A stretch of DNA of 64,000 bases from Octopus vulgaris. Lineage: Eukaryota. Positions 52,173-64,000 of the stretch are shown one piece after another. A model generated the notes under the pieces. That model did not search any database and was not told the origin of the DNA. It saw only the letters and a program-made list of their open reading frames with translations. The position numbers were made by a program, and so were the translations under genes. Within the stretch, counting starts at the first letter, position 1, and the number at the start of each line of letters is the position of its first letter. The stretch covers positions 992,001 to 1,056,000 of the forward strand of contig OX597822.1 in NCBI GenBank assembly GCA_951406725.2. Direction: 5' to 3'.

Positions 52173-52724
52173 ACTGGCGTCGATACCAGGGTATAGCATT
52201 TATCCGTGACCAGGCGGAAGGTGAACAACATATAGTTTCTTTTGAATTAAAATCACCCTTCGGTGTGTAGGTTTGAGTGGAGTAGTAATTAGCTTGTGGG
52301 TTGCGGTGTAATATAAAGTTGTTTTGGAGAAATTTTTATTGATTAAATTGAGACTTATGTTACTATTCAAAATATATTAATGTTGGGCTTTGTAAGCAGA
52401 TGTGTACTTCCTTCCCGTCATGGGATTGGCTTTTAGTGGTTCACAAACAATGTAGTAGGTAGGTCTAAGACGTGCCAACATTTTTAATTACTTTTGGTTT
52501 TCTTAGATTTAATCATTTGCTTTGACAATGTAAAGCCTTTGTAATTGGGTGTGTCAGCTTTTTTGTAATGGAAAGGATACACAAAAGAAAGTATTACGTA
52601 GATCTGTATGTTTGTATACATGCACGTATACATACATACATGCATGCCTACATATACAGATGCATATATATGCACATGCATATACACATGCATGCATACA
52701 GATTATACATTCATATGTATAGCA

Positions 52725-53850
52725 ATAATAATTTGTGCACTTAGTTTTTTATTAAATACCTAATTGACAATCTGCACAAGCGAGGGGTTTTCAGAAAAAA
52801 GAAATTGACCATCTGATATGCATATTACAAATACAGTCTGTAAGCGGAGCAATAAAAATATGCAAGATTTTCTCAAGGTCAAACTGTGATATTGCTTTTG
52901 TTATCTACGTTCCAACGATGGAGCTTTATATCTTTGTTAGAAAGCGACTTCTTCCTTACAAGAAGACTTCAAATAATTAAAAAATAGGAGACAACATACA
53001 TAAACACGAAAACTTGAAGAAAATAGTATCATTGACATGAAACGAAGCCTCTTTTGGACTCTTGATCGCTACGTCACATCACACTTCGAAGGCTATGCAT
53101 TTGCAATGCAAGAACAGGAGATTGCTACTAAATGCCTAATCAATAGGAAATACAGTGAAGCCTTTCGAATTCCAAGATGCAACCGAAAATGTAGATTATC
53201 TCATATTTCTTTCGACGACATCACACATGTGAAAAGCAGCTTCCCTCAAGATGCATCAAGTTACTACCTCTCTATGTGACTTGACTTTGTCGCAAAAACA
53301 ATAGACAGTGCTATTCGGAAAAAAAGGCAATCCTGGAGGAAATATAGAGTTCTCCTGAATACGTACACAAATAACAACACAACGAATACTGCTGGAACAT
53401 TTCCATCAAAACATCTGTCAAGTGTAAATATAACAGGCTAGACATTGTTGTTTCGGAGATTCAAGAGAGAGTATGTACCGACATAGGGGTCAGCTCTCCG
53501 GCTGATGTGAATATCTCTTTGGAAATCAAAGAGGAAGGTAACTATGGACAACTTCATCAAAAGATTCAGCTTTTGTATCCGAATTACAAATTTCCATTTA
53601 TACCAGTAATTATTGGAGCTCTTGGTTTAGTAAGTAAATGCGTAACTGTCAGTCTGGATAAGCTTGGGTTTTTAGAAGAGGAAATCTACCAACTGATTCA
53701 CACATTACAAATACAATCTGTAAGCAGAACAGAATGACTTTGCAAGACTTTTCTCAGGTTGAAGATGTGATATTTTTTTCGTTATCTACGAGGGAACTTT
53801 GTTTCTTTGTTAGAAACCGGCTTCTTCCTCTGAGGAAGAATTTTAAATGA
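52725..53850 (+). mobile_element. Two head-to-tail 3' fragments of an RLE (R4/Dong-like) LINE
   Basis: 53037-53770 gives FEGYAFAMQEQEIATK..CNRKCRLSH..DDITHV (degenerate CCHC), KCKYNRLDIVV and FIPVIIGALG. 52725-52985 repeats the C-terminus and 3' UTR (TTGTTAGAAA.CG.CTTCTTCCT). Confidence 0.85.
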
Positions 53851-54681
53851 TTAAAAACAGAACAAACATGCATATTTACACATATACAGACATACAGAAT
53901 TATCTGTGCTTATATATACACAGCATGCATACCAATGGACTATACTGCGTCAAAATACATAGTTATAACAACGTACGTGCGTACGTACGTACCTACCTAC
54001 CTCAAAACATATATACATACCGGATATGACGTTCAGTTCTACAATAGAGATGCATACATCTATGAATATGTGCAAAAATATGAATAGACGCTCGTATATA
54101 AGCAATACACTAAATCTCTCACCTATTCATAATTCTTTGGAATTATATATTATTTCAGCAAAAATGTCATGTCACTTCATGAGCGACTGGTTCGATTACT
54201 GCCAAATGCTTACGTAAATCTCGAAGAAAAACCACTTATATACACTCATATAGTGACACATACATGCATAATACATACAAACATGAAAACATACATACGT
54301 GCATACATAAATATATACATATATTCATACCTACATGCCTACATATTTTGCCCATACATACATACATAAATACATAAAGAATAATAAAACTAGAGACGTC
54401 ATTCGCAAGCTAGCATGGCTTACGTTGAGAGTTTTAAGTTCTTGTGTGGTCGAGCGCAGAGAGTAGACACACTCTCAACAGTCCGACCTTGAAGCAGCGG
54501 AACTGCCACGATTTGACATTCAGAGGAAGAATGTGCTGCTCCAGTTATCGGCTGGTATTCGTCACGGTTGAGCGCGCACAAAACTATGCACACATTCATG
54601 TAGTTATACAAACATACATAGATACACACCTTCTAATACAAACACGCAAACGTACACAAAACTCGTATGTATGTATGTATG

Positions 54682-54732
<51 letters not shown>

Positions 54733-54762
54733 ATATGTATGTATATATATATATGTACAAAC

Positions 54763-54821
<59 letters not shown>

Positions 54822-54822
54822 T

Positions 54823-55116
54823 GGAGGCGCAATGACCCAGTGGTTAGGGCAGCGGACTCGCGGTTGTAGGATCGCGGTTTCGATTCCCAGACCGGGCGTT
54901 GTGAGTGTTTATTGAGCGAAAACACCTAAAGCTCCACGAATCTCCGGTAGAGGATGGTGGCGGTCCCTGCTGTAGTCTTTCTCTCACTCTTTCTTCTGTT
55001 GGCCTGCTCGCTTAGCCAGCGGGGTGGCGTCATTTGAAGGCTAAAACAATGCAAAGCGCATTGTGACCAGCGATGTGTATCAACATCTGATAGTCTGGTC
55101 GGTCACGGTGATCACG

Positions 55117-55120
<4 letters not shown>
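54823..55120 (+). mobile_element. Family-C tRNA(Arg)-like SINE, tail type 3 ending in (TA)n
   Basis: Full head with A/B boxes; tail GGCCTGCTCGCTTAGCCAGCGGGGTGGCG..GTCACGGTGATCACGGTGA. The same tail occurs alone at 62750-62855 (-). Confidence 0.9.
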
Positions 55121-55155
<35 letters not shown>

Positions 55156-55381
55156 CCATATACATACACATGCATACACATACATACGCATACATACACA
55201 TACACACATATACATACACAGGTATATACACATGCATATGTGTGTGTGTTTACATGTATGCAATGTGTGGGTACCTATCAGGTGTGTAACTCATATCAAC
55301 AGCGTATAATTTTCAAAAGTTGTATTCAATATATACTAGCGTAGGATATATTAGTAGGATGTAGTAGTAGTTGCTGTAGTA

Positions 55382-55382
55382 G

Positions 55383-55435
<53 letters not shown>

Positions 55436-55478
55436 AACTACTACTACTACTACTACTACTACTAATAATAATAATAAT
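55382..55478. repeat. (CTA)n-(ATA)n microsatellite
   Basis: Direct reading. Confidence 0.96.
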
Positions 55479-56008
55479 CATATGCCAACACGACAATGTA
55501 ACATATTTAAAAAGAGAAACAAAAACATGTTTATCTCTTCATGCATAACCGGATCCAATTTTGAAGTTTCATTCATTGAACTAACTTCCTAATTGCGTTC
55601 TTTACGCTGCAATTATTTTAAATTTTAATTTGTAATTCGTAAATAAATGTTAAAAATGTTTAGAATACAATTATGAAATTCATTGGCATGTTACATAGCT
55701 TACGTTGTCTACACTCCTTTTTTTTTTATTAGACTGGATTATTTATTTTGTAAAATAGCTATATTAAACAACAACAGTTAATTAAACAACTTATATTTTA
55801 TAGATAACATTTGTAATTAGTAAACTATCATGTGAAAAACCGCGCTTTGTGCTTTTAGCATTTACTGTTTTATCGTACACAGATTTCAAACTTTAGGGTA
55901 TATGCAGTGTTTTGTTTTTGTCTTTATGGTTTCTATAGTTTTAAAAGCAACTTCAGACATGTACAGTGCTTAGAAATATAGTTAACGGTATACTGTATAT
56001 ATTTGAAG

Positions 56009-56412
56009 TTCCGCCGAGGTGGACTTTGCCTTTCATTCTTTCGGGGTCGATAAACTATGTATCAGTTATGCACTGGGGTCGATGTAATCGACTTAATCCG
56101 TTTGTCTGTCCTTGTTTGTCCCCTCTGTGTTTAGCCCCTTGTGGGTAGTAAAGAAATAGGTACACTGCATATATTTGAAGACGATGAGCTGGCAGAAACG
56201 TTAGCGCGCCGGGCGAAATGCGTAGCCGTATTTCGTCTGCCGTTACGTTCTGAGTTCAAATTCCGCCGAGGTCGACTTTGCTTTTCATCCTTTCGGGGTC
56301 GATAAATTAACTACCAGTTACGCACTGGGGTCAATGTAATCGACTTAATCCCTTTGTCTGTCCTTGTCTGTCCCCTCTATGTTTAGCCCCTTGTGGGTAA
56401 TAAAGAAATAGG
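56009..56412 (+). mobile_element. Two tandem family-A SINEs (headless 56009-56160; full 56178-56412)
   Basis: Clean family-A sequence; the flank GGTAYACTGYATATATTT occurs three times (55987, 56159, 56411). Confidence 0.92.
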
Positions 56413-57196
56413 TATACTGCATATATTTATAAAATCGTATTTTTTTTAGTTTTTATATTTGTCTTCATGTTTTTCTTAAAAAATTCTGAAGCTACCTATA
56501 ATAAACATTGTTTCAGTTTTCAACCCCACATTCTGGTTATACTAATTTCTAGATCCTTTTTACTTAGATAATTAATTTCTTCACTTAATTTTTGAGATAC
56601 GTAATCTGTTGAGACTGATACCTCCCTGATTTTCTTTGACAATAATATTCGATTACTTAACCTTCATCTTATTGTCTTTGAGAATTAGCTTTCGGAATCT
56701 TTTCCTTGTGCCATTTATGCTGTCTGATGCCTTATTTTGCACAGCTCTCTAAAACATGGTTTCGATAAATTTTTTTCTAGGATAAAGGGTCACGCATCCA
56801 AACTATTTCAAATTGGCGAAGAATTTCCACCCATATGACTTTTTTTATACTGTGTCTATTAGGTTTTGAGAAGCCTAGATTTACTGACAACTACCTCGCT
56901 TGGACACAGATGAACCGTATTCGTAAGCATCATCATTATGTTCGACGTTTTGAAAATAGAGATAATATGTGCCAAAGACAAGGCATGCGAGGTAGAAACA
57001 GTAGCAAAGATTAAGCAATGTACAACAAGCACCCCCATCGCGAATATCAACTCTGGGAAGTACCAATGATCAAGCTAGAGTATTTCAGATAATAATTTAC
57101 TTCGACTTCTACGTAGAACTAGATTTAGCATATCTGATATACAAAATGAAAAGTTTTGGAACTGGAGTGTACTAGAGATTCATAACCCTAAACTAG

Positions 57197-57680
57197 TTAA
57201 CCCTTTTCATACCAACCCACCAAAGTCCGCCACTGGTTCTATGATACAAACTCCCAGTTATAAAGTGACCTAAAGCAAAACTTCCCATCAAAATCTCATG
57301 TTAATTTATGCTCCAAACAGAACTTACTTACTTGTACTTGTGGCGACATTCACCCTGGGCGGGTTGAGTCGGCTTTTTCTACCACCCTCGAGGCATCTCG
57401 AACCATGGCAGCCCACGCACGACGGTCCTGCGCCAGTTCACTGGAGATAGCGAGCAGTCACGGTTCCATCGGCGCAGGCCGACCACCTGCGGACCCGTGA
57501 GCACGGAGAGGTCCTCTTTGATCGTCGTAGCCCAGGTCTTCAGCTGCCCGCCCACGCATTTCCGCCAGTTGGGAAGCTCCAAACGCAAGCTTAATAATGA
57601 CTAAGGTATGTTACTAAATTGTTCGTCATCTTGAAAACTAATCGAAACAAAGACAATTTATTCCAAAGAAATGTGTTTTG
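57197..57680. mobile_element. Possible piggyBac-like MITE remnant, interrupted by RTE
   Basis: Starts TTAA|CCCTTTT; the sequence on either side of the RTE insertion is AT-rich and continuous. Right TIR not recognisable. Confidence 0.45.
57319..57575 (-). mobile_element. 3' fragment of the same RTE family as 25848-27307
   Basis: PNWRKCVGGQLKTWATTIKEDL..VVGLRRWNRD; tail AAGTAAGTAAGT; 9-bp TSD GCTCCAAAC at 57310-57318 and 57576-57584. Confidence 0.92.
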
Positions 57681-58584
57681 ATGAAAAAGAGCAAAGCAGT
57701 GTAATTTCTAGGACGTCTATGCGTGGGAATGGTTTCCGCATCGATGCGGTTTGGCTGATCATTCTTCAGGGGTCCTTTTTTATTAAGGAGTTCTCAATAG
57801 TTTTCAAACTTGTTTACTTTGTCCATTCTTATCGAGAAAATACTGACAGAATGTAAATTTTTTAATATGCCAAAAACACACATGCATGAAGAAAATACAC
57901 AAGTTTTTCAAAGAAAGTCGAAAAATATTTATGAATGAAAATAAGTCATAGGGAACGTTTTTACGTATCAAATAAGTTTAATTAATAGAGAATCTATAAC
58001 AGACAAGATACCAAGTAGCGAACAAATATATGCTTAAGAAAGTAGGCCTAGAGAACAAACTAAACACAAACAGACTTAATGAGCGTTTGAGCTTCTTTTT
58101 TTTTTTGTCCCGCTAACCGTCAACATGCTAACAGTTAACATTCTACAGGTACATACACGAATGACGATTTGTCTCCAAGAAATTGCTTAGTATCCGTTCA
58201 TTTCTCAGCTTTGGAATTGTGTTCAGCAATTCTTATAGAACATAAGACGAACCTAGATGTACTCTAAGGCTATTTATCAATATCATTGCTATCTAGAACA
58301 CTATAAAAAAATTTAACAAAAGGCTAATAACAGAGTGTATTAAATATTTTGCACAAGTCTACAGTCAATTAAAATATAACTTCGAGAATTTGTAATTCTC
58401 AGAAGAATAAAGTCTCAGCAGAGACTTTAGATTCCCCTATTTGATCATAGGACGTAAATGGGGGAATGCAAATGCCACGATGCATTTGCTTTAGCACGCA
58501 ACTGACACTGCTACGCATCGCCTTTAAGAGAGGCATCACATAAATAATTAGCAATGAATGCTTTTTTGGTTTCACGTGTCACAT

Positions 58585-58795
58585 AAGGTGGCGAGACAAT
58601 GAAATTCTTAGCACACGGAACATTTCCTAGCAATATTTCGTCCGTTTTTACGCTCTGAGTTCAAATTCCACCAAGGTCAACTTTGCCTTTTATCTTTTCG
58701 GAGTCGGTAAAATAAGTACCAGTGAAGTACTGGGGTCGATGTAATCGACTTAGTCTCTCCCCGAAATTGCTAGCCTTGTGCCAAAATTTGATATC
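58585..58795 (+). mobile_element. Family-A SINE
   Basis: GAGTTCAAATTCCACCAAGGTCAACTTTGCCTTTTATCTTTTCGGAGTCGGTAAAATAAGTACCAG. Confidence 0.82.
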
Positions 58796-60833
58796 ACTAT
58801 TTCCTAACACTATATGCTTCCTCCTCACCATGACCTTGCTGAAGTCTGTATTACGAACAATATTTAAGTGCCCATATTTCTTGTACCAAAACAAGACCTT
58901 GTCCATGAATACGAATGCTGAAAAATCTAAAAAGTTACCTTATTTAACTTAGATACACATATATTAAACTTTGATAATATTCTACAAATAATTCATCGAT
59001 ATATACTTAACTCCTTATCGTAAACTTCATTCCGTAAGTATATGTATATTCTTTTATTTTACTATCGGGACCCGTGAATATTTCACAGAATTAATAGTTA
59101 ACCTATTGAGTTATTTCTGAAAACTTTATCCAAAAAAACTGAAAGTGTAGCCTGTGTTGTGTCTGTATGGAAAGATAGTCACTCATCTGTCGCTCATTGA
59201 AAAGTGAAAGAAATGGAAATGCGATGATTACTTAATGCACTTTATATATATTTATACTTTATAGACTTTATGCACAATTCTATAAACTTAATACACAGCA
59301 CTCATAAATTAAATAATCTCTCTTATTTTGCCATTTTTCTTATAAACAACAACATAAAAAATCTCGCACATATGATACAACCTGTGGTTAAATTGCATGT
59401 ATTTGTCACGTGAATAGGTGGGAATATTTCACGGAATTGCACTTATAAGGATGAGTTAAGTGACAGGTGATAGAAAAAAAACTTAGTTCAATTTTAAAAA
59501 ATACACTTTTCACTATTCAATCACCACCACCATCATCATCTTTCTCTCCCCCTCTCTCTCCCCCCCCCCCCCCTCTCTCTGTCCCTGCCCCCCTCTCTCT
59601 AACTTTCTTTAACCTCGCCATCAGAACATCACCCTTCTGCTAAAATTATATTTCTAACTCTCCTACTCAGTATCATCACTACCTTCAACTAACTTTTTTC
59701 AACCACTTAATAAATATTATGTTCCCGCTACCTTACGTCATGGACTCTTCTCTCTCCCTCTTTTCTTTCTCCCTCTCTCTCTCTGACTCACTCTTCGCTT
59801 CATGCTTTTTTCTTGTTTCTCTTTTTCCTTTCTCTTCTTTTTCTCTTCAACTAACCACGTGAAAGCGTTACAATTACATCCCCTCTACCTCACATCGTAG
59901 ACACTTCTCTCCCTATTTTTCTCTCTCCCTCTCTACTTTCTCCTTCTGTTTCTCTAATCACGTGAAAGTGTTACCGACGGGTTAAGTAACGGAATCAGAA
60001 GCAGAATGATTATAAGATCCTGCAACATATATCGCGCGCGTGCACGTCCGTGGTACTTTATTAAAGCTGAAAATGTACGCCTACTGTTTTTAAAATACCC
60101 AATAAAACACTTTACCTTTGGCATTCGAGTCTTATTTTTCTCCATTTCTTCATCTTCGTAATATTTAACATATAGGAACAGGTTTGAGCGTACGGCTTTC
60201 AATAACTTAAACTATGGAAGCCAATCAAAGACATAAAAATGGAAATATGTAATATAATGAGAGAGGCACTAGTGATAGGATTTCAGTAGCCTGATGCTCC
60301 AGCATGGCCTCAGTTCAATGAATGAAACGAATGAATAAAATAAAACAATAAAATGAGATGAACCACAGTTTATCTCAATTAGTCTAGTTAAGAGGGGTAG
60401 CAACATCAATCTCTAGAATTAAAATTAAAATTAATTAAAATAAAATAGGGTGATTAATAAGTTTAATAACGTAAAAAACGGAAAGTAGAGTCAACAGGAG
60501 TAGGGGCAGCAATACTGAATGTTTACTTCATGGCATACGGGAGAGTAAATTAATTGACAAATTCCTGATCTAGAGGCCATTCAACGACAGCTGCATCAGA
60601 CTTCAAAAACCTTGAAACAATAACTGAAATACATTTATGAAAGACTCATAACAAAAAAATAATAATAATAATAATAACCCTAGTTATGAAAGACTGAACA
60701 GAAAGCAAATGAATGCCCCAGATTATTTAATTCTAGGGGAAAATAAAGGTCATTGAATCAGCGCATAGATTAACATATATTACTATTTTATTGTGTAAAT
60801 TTATAGATGTGTTCCTTGTATGTTTATATATTA

Positions 60834-60879
<46 letters not shown>

Positions 60880-61489
60880 GAACATAGAGAAAACTTGCCA
60901 ACTATTTTATGACCCCACCCCCGCCACCACCCCCAAAAAACAACTTTAAAAGCAGTCCCACGCTAAGCTAGAAATAGCAGTCAATTCTTCCTCAAGTAAT
61001 ACCAGCTACTTTAAAGATAAGGAATTAGATTTAAATGTATTTGAAAACAAAAGAAAATGGTCATAGAAGAACTGTTTTCAGTCGTATTTCTTCTAATATG
61101 AAGGAGAACGAAGCATATATTCTTCAACTAAATGAAGTTCTGATGTATTTAGAATTATAAGCTATAGCTAGCAACTAGTAATTTCGCCGACTACCTAAGT
61201 GCCATACGTTTGATAGAAGAGATCTGACCTAGGGCTACAAACAACAACACCAACAACAATACTTTCTGAGCAGTTTGCACGACCTCCAAGAAATAGCAGC
61301 TGAATTTGCCAGGAATCATATTCTACCATGTTCCAACATGTCAGGATGATTCAACCCTAGATCTATTATGTCTAAAATAAGGTGGGATATGTCATGGGTG
61401 GGACGTCTTTGATTAAAGATATGTGTAAGCCGGGAGGATAAGACATACCCATAATCATAACAGTAGTCATTTCTTCTTTTAGAACATTA

Positions 61490-61539
<50 letters not shown>

Positions 61540-61779
61540 GTACTGCTGCTGCTGCTTCCCTACAGTTGAAGGACAATAAACAATTTCAACTGGTGACAAT
61601 ACTAGATTATCACAAGGCTACCATGATTCGAAACAACACTAACAACATCAAAATCAACAATAGTGGAAACAAAAAAAGCCACAACACTGAAACAAACAAA
61701 CATTATTTACCAATGAATAATATTTCTTTGGTCATTCAACTCGTATTTTTCCCACAATATTCCAAGCATTATCGTCCCC

Positions 61780-62310
61780 TTAATCATTCTGACTTGTTTG
61801 TACTCTATGCAGGGCATTGACTCTCCACAGCAGTTATCCTATGCGCTCAGCCTTGTATATCTTGTTTTCCTTTTTTCATCACTTACATCCGTCTCTTCCA
61901 CGTTATCTTCGATTCCTCCTTTACTAATCTCCATTCGGTGATTCTTGCGCGCCCTGCCTTCTTTTTCCTCTTTGTGGGTTTCAACCTGAGTTTTCTCCAC
62001 ATCCATCTAGTCTTTTTAACAGTGATATATATAAGTGATATATATATCACTGTTTGTTGGCCGATGCGTTCCTACTGGGTTTTATTATTCACTATAGCAA
62101 GGTGCCTAATATTTAAGATGTTCTGAATGTGTTCGCGAGAGTTTGGAGCTTTTTGCGGGTGTTTGGGTTTACTTACTATAACTCTGCATCATAAAACAAG
62201 AAGGATTTGTCCTTCGTATTGAAAATGCATATTTTAATATTTTTGGACAGATATTTGCCTTTCAAACAGGCTTTAAAATGCTGAAGGCTTGAACCGCTTC
62301 GCCAAAACTT
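61780..62310 (-). mobile_element. Old RTE-clade LINE 3' fragment (second family)
   Basis: Frameshifted GEAVQAFSILKPV*..LSKNIKICIFNTKDKSFLFYDAE..KKLQTLAN..NILNIR..ERIGQQ resembles the RTE post-RT consensus. Confidence 0.65.
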
Positions 62311-62377
62311 GCTTCAACATTTTCACTGTAACTTCAGTTGCAGACACCACGTTTCTCAGACTCGCGAAATATTTCAA

Positions 62378-62738
62378 TATCAGCATATCACGATCCACTG
62401 AGTTGATCGCTGTTGTTATTCGATGTTTTAAGGTTATCGCGGTTAGTGGGTAGCGGTGGAACATAAACGCGAACTTTTACACACCTTCGCAAGAAAAAAA
62501 TTACACACGGAAAGGTCTGGGGATCTCGCAGACCGAGCACATACGCGTCCGGGAGGAGTTCGCTTATCGCATTGATATTTTCCATGCTGCAGGTGGTGGC
62601 CACATCGAACACTTCTAAAACGGGAAATAAAAGTTGCTTCTGAGTAAATACTGTGAAATAACCTGGAGTTTTCTATTGTTTTTTCCTTATTAAAATATTG
62701 CATAATGAGAATCGGTTCATTCTGTTTGAATAACACTG
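62378..62738 (-). mobile_element. Internally deleted Tc1/mariner (maT/rosa-like) transposon
   Basis: Terminus TA|CAGTGTTATTCAAACAGAATGAACCGAT joined to a C-terminal SARSPDLSVCNFFL..KVRVYVPPLP..LKHRITTAINSVDRDML; second TIR missing. Confidence 0.8.
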
Positions 62739-63114
62739 TATATATGTATATCACGTGGTCACGTAACCAACCAGGCTATCAGATGCTGCTACACATCGTT
62801 GGTCACAATGCGCTTCGCATTGTTTTAGCCTTCAAATGACACAACCCCACTGGCTATAAATGTGCATATATGTATATATGTATGTATATATGTGTATATA
62901 CATGTAAATATATGTACGTATATATATGTATATATATATGCATATATAGATGCATATGTATATATATATATGCATATGAATATATATATGTGTCTATAAG
63001 TATATATGTATATGTATATATATATATATGTATGTAATATATATATATATAGAGAGAGAGATAGATGTATATATGTGTAATATATATGTACAAATATATA
63101 TATTTATATTTACG

Positions 63115-63157
<43 letters not shown>

Positions 63158-63319
63158 AGATGCAGGCGTGGCTTTGTGCTAAGGAGCTTGATCCCCAATC
63201 ACATGGTTCCTGGGTGAGTCCCACTGCCTGGCCATTTGGGCATGTGTCTTCTACTATAAATTTGGCCTTACCAAAGCTATGTGAGTGAATTTGGTTGACG
63301 GAAATTGAAAGAAGTGTGT

Positions 63320-63320
<1 letters not shown>
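63158..63320 (+). mobile_element. Family-B SINE
   Basis: Matches 19372-19536. Confidence 0.82.
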
Positions 63321-63378
<58 letters not shown>

Positions 63379-63527
63379 CTATTATCAATAATAACAAAGG
63401 GTAAAATTTATTAATGAAGAAGTAATCAATAATTTCACCAAGTAGAATTCGGTATGAAAAAGGACCATTTCATGGTAAACTTAAGTAATACTTAATAAAA
63501 GGGTTCAGCAAATATTTGCTTTACCAC

Positions 63528-63643
63528 ATACCGAAGTTTAGAAGTAGCAGCCAAAAATCTTAGCTATTTCTTCTACTTCAAGTCCCTTTTTAAAGTAGAA
63601 GAAATAGCTAAGATCTTTGGCTGTTATTTTTAAACTTCGGTAT
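63528..63643. repeat. ~51-bp-arm fold-back (14-nt loop)
   Basis: ATACCGAAGTTTAGAAGTAGCAGCCAAAAATCTTAGCTATTTCTTCTACTT / AAGTAGAAGAAATAGCTAAGATCTTTGGCTGTTATTTTTAAACTTCGGTAT. Confidence 0.9.
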
Positions 63644-63870
<227 letters not shown>

Positions 63871-64000
63871 ATATGTATTATAGCCTCAGGTCGGCCAATG
63901 CCTTGTGAGTGGATTTCGTACTCGGAAACTGAAAGAAGACTCACATATATCTGTATATTGTGTGTGTGTATGTGTGTGTTTGTCTGTGTGTGTGTGTGTG

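Overview
Eukaryotic, very AT-rich, microsatellite-saturated non-coding DNA (intergenic or a large intron). The repeat repertoire (tRNA-derived SINEs, R4/Dong-, RTE- and CR1-type LINE relics, Penelope-like elements, mariner, Helitron, long (TA)n/(TAA)n/(CATA)n/(TATC)n tracts) strongly resembles a coleoid cephalopod such as Octopus; this is inferred from pattern recognition, not from a search. I find no host protein-coding gene I can support: almost all ORF-track entries are translations of simple repeats, and the rest are broken transposon reading frames. The most interesting signals are RNA-level. (1) At least seven type I hammerhead ribozyme motifs, intact or decayed, in several unrelated Penelope-like/retrozyme-like repeats, including a ~290-bp inverted pair. 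(2) A ~352-bp partial tandem with a decayed hammerhead. (3) A ~750-bp repeat present in two circularly permuted forms. (4) A Naiad-like Penelope ORF whose RT-endonuclease linker has expanded to ~800 bp of microsatellite-rich sequence. (5) SINE heads carrying several alternative 3' tails, each ending in a different microsatellite. Coordinates were counted by eye and may be off by a few bases.
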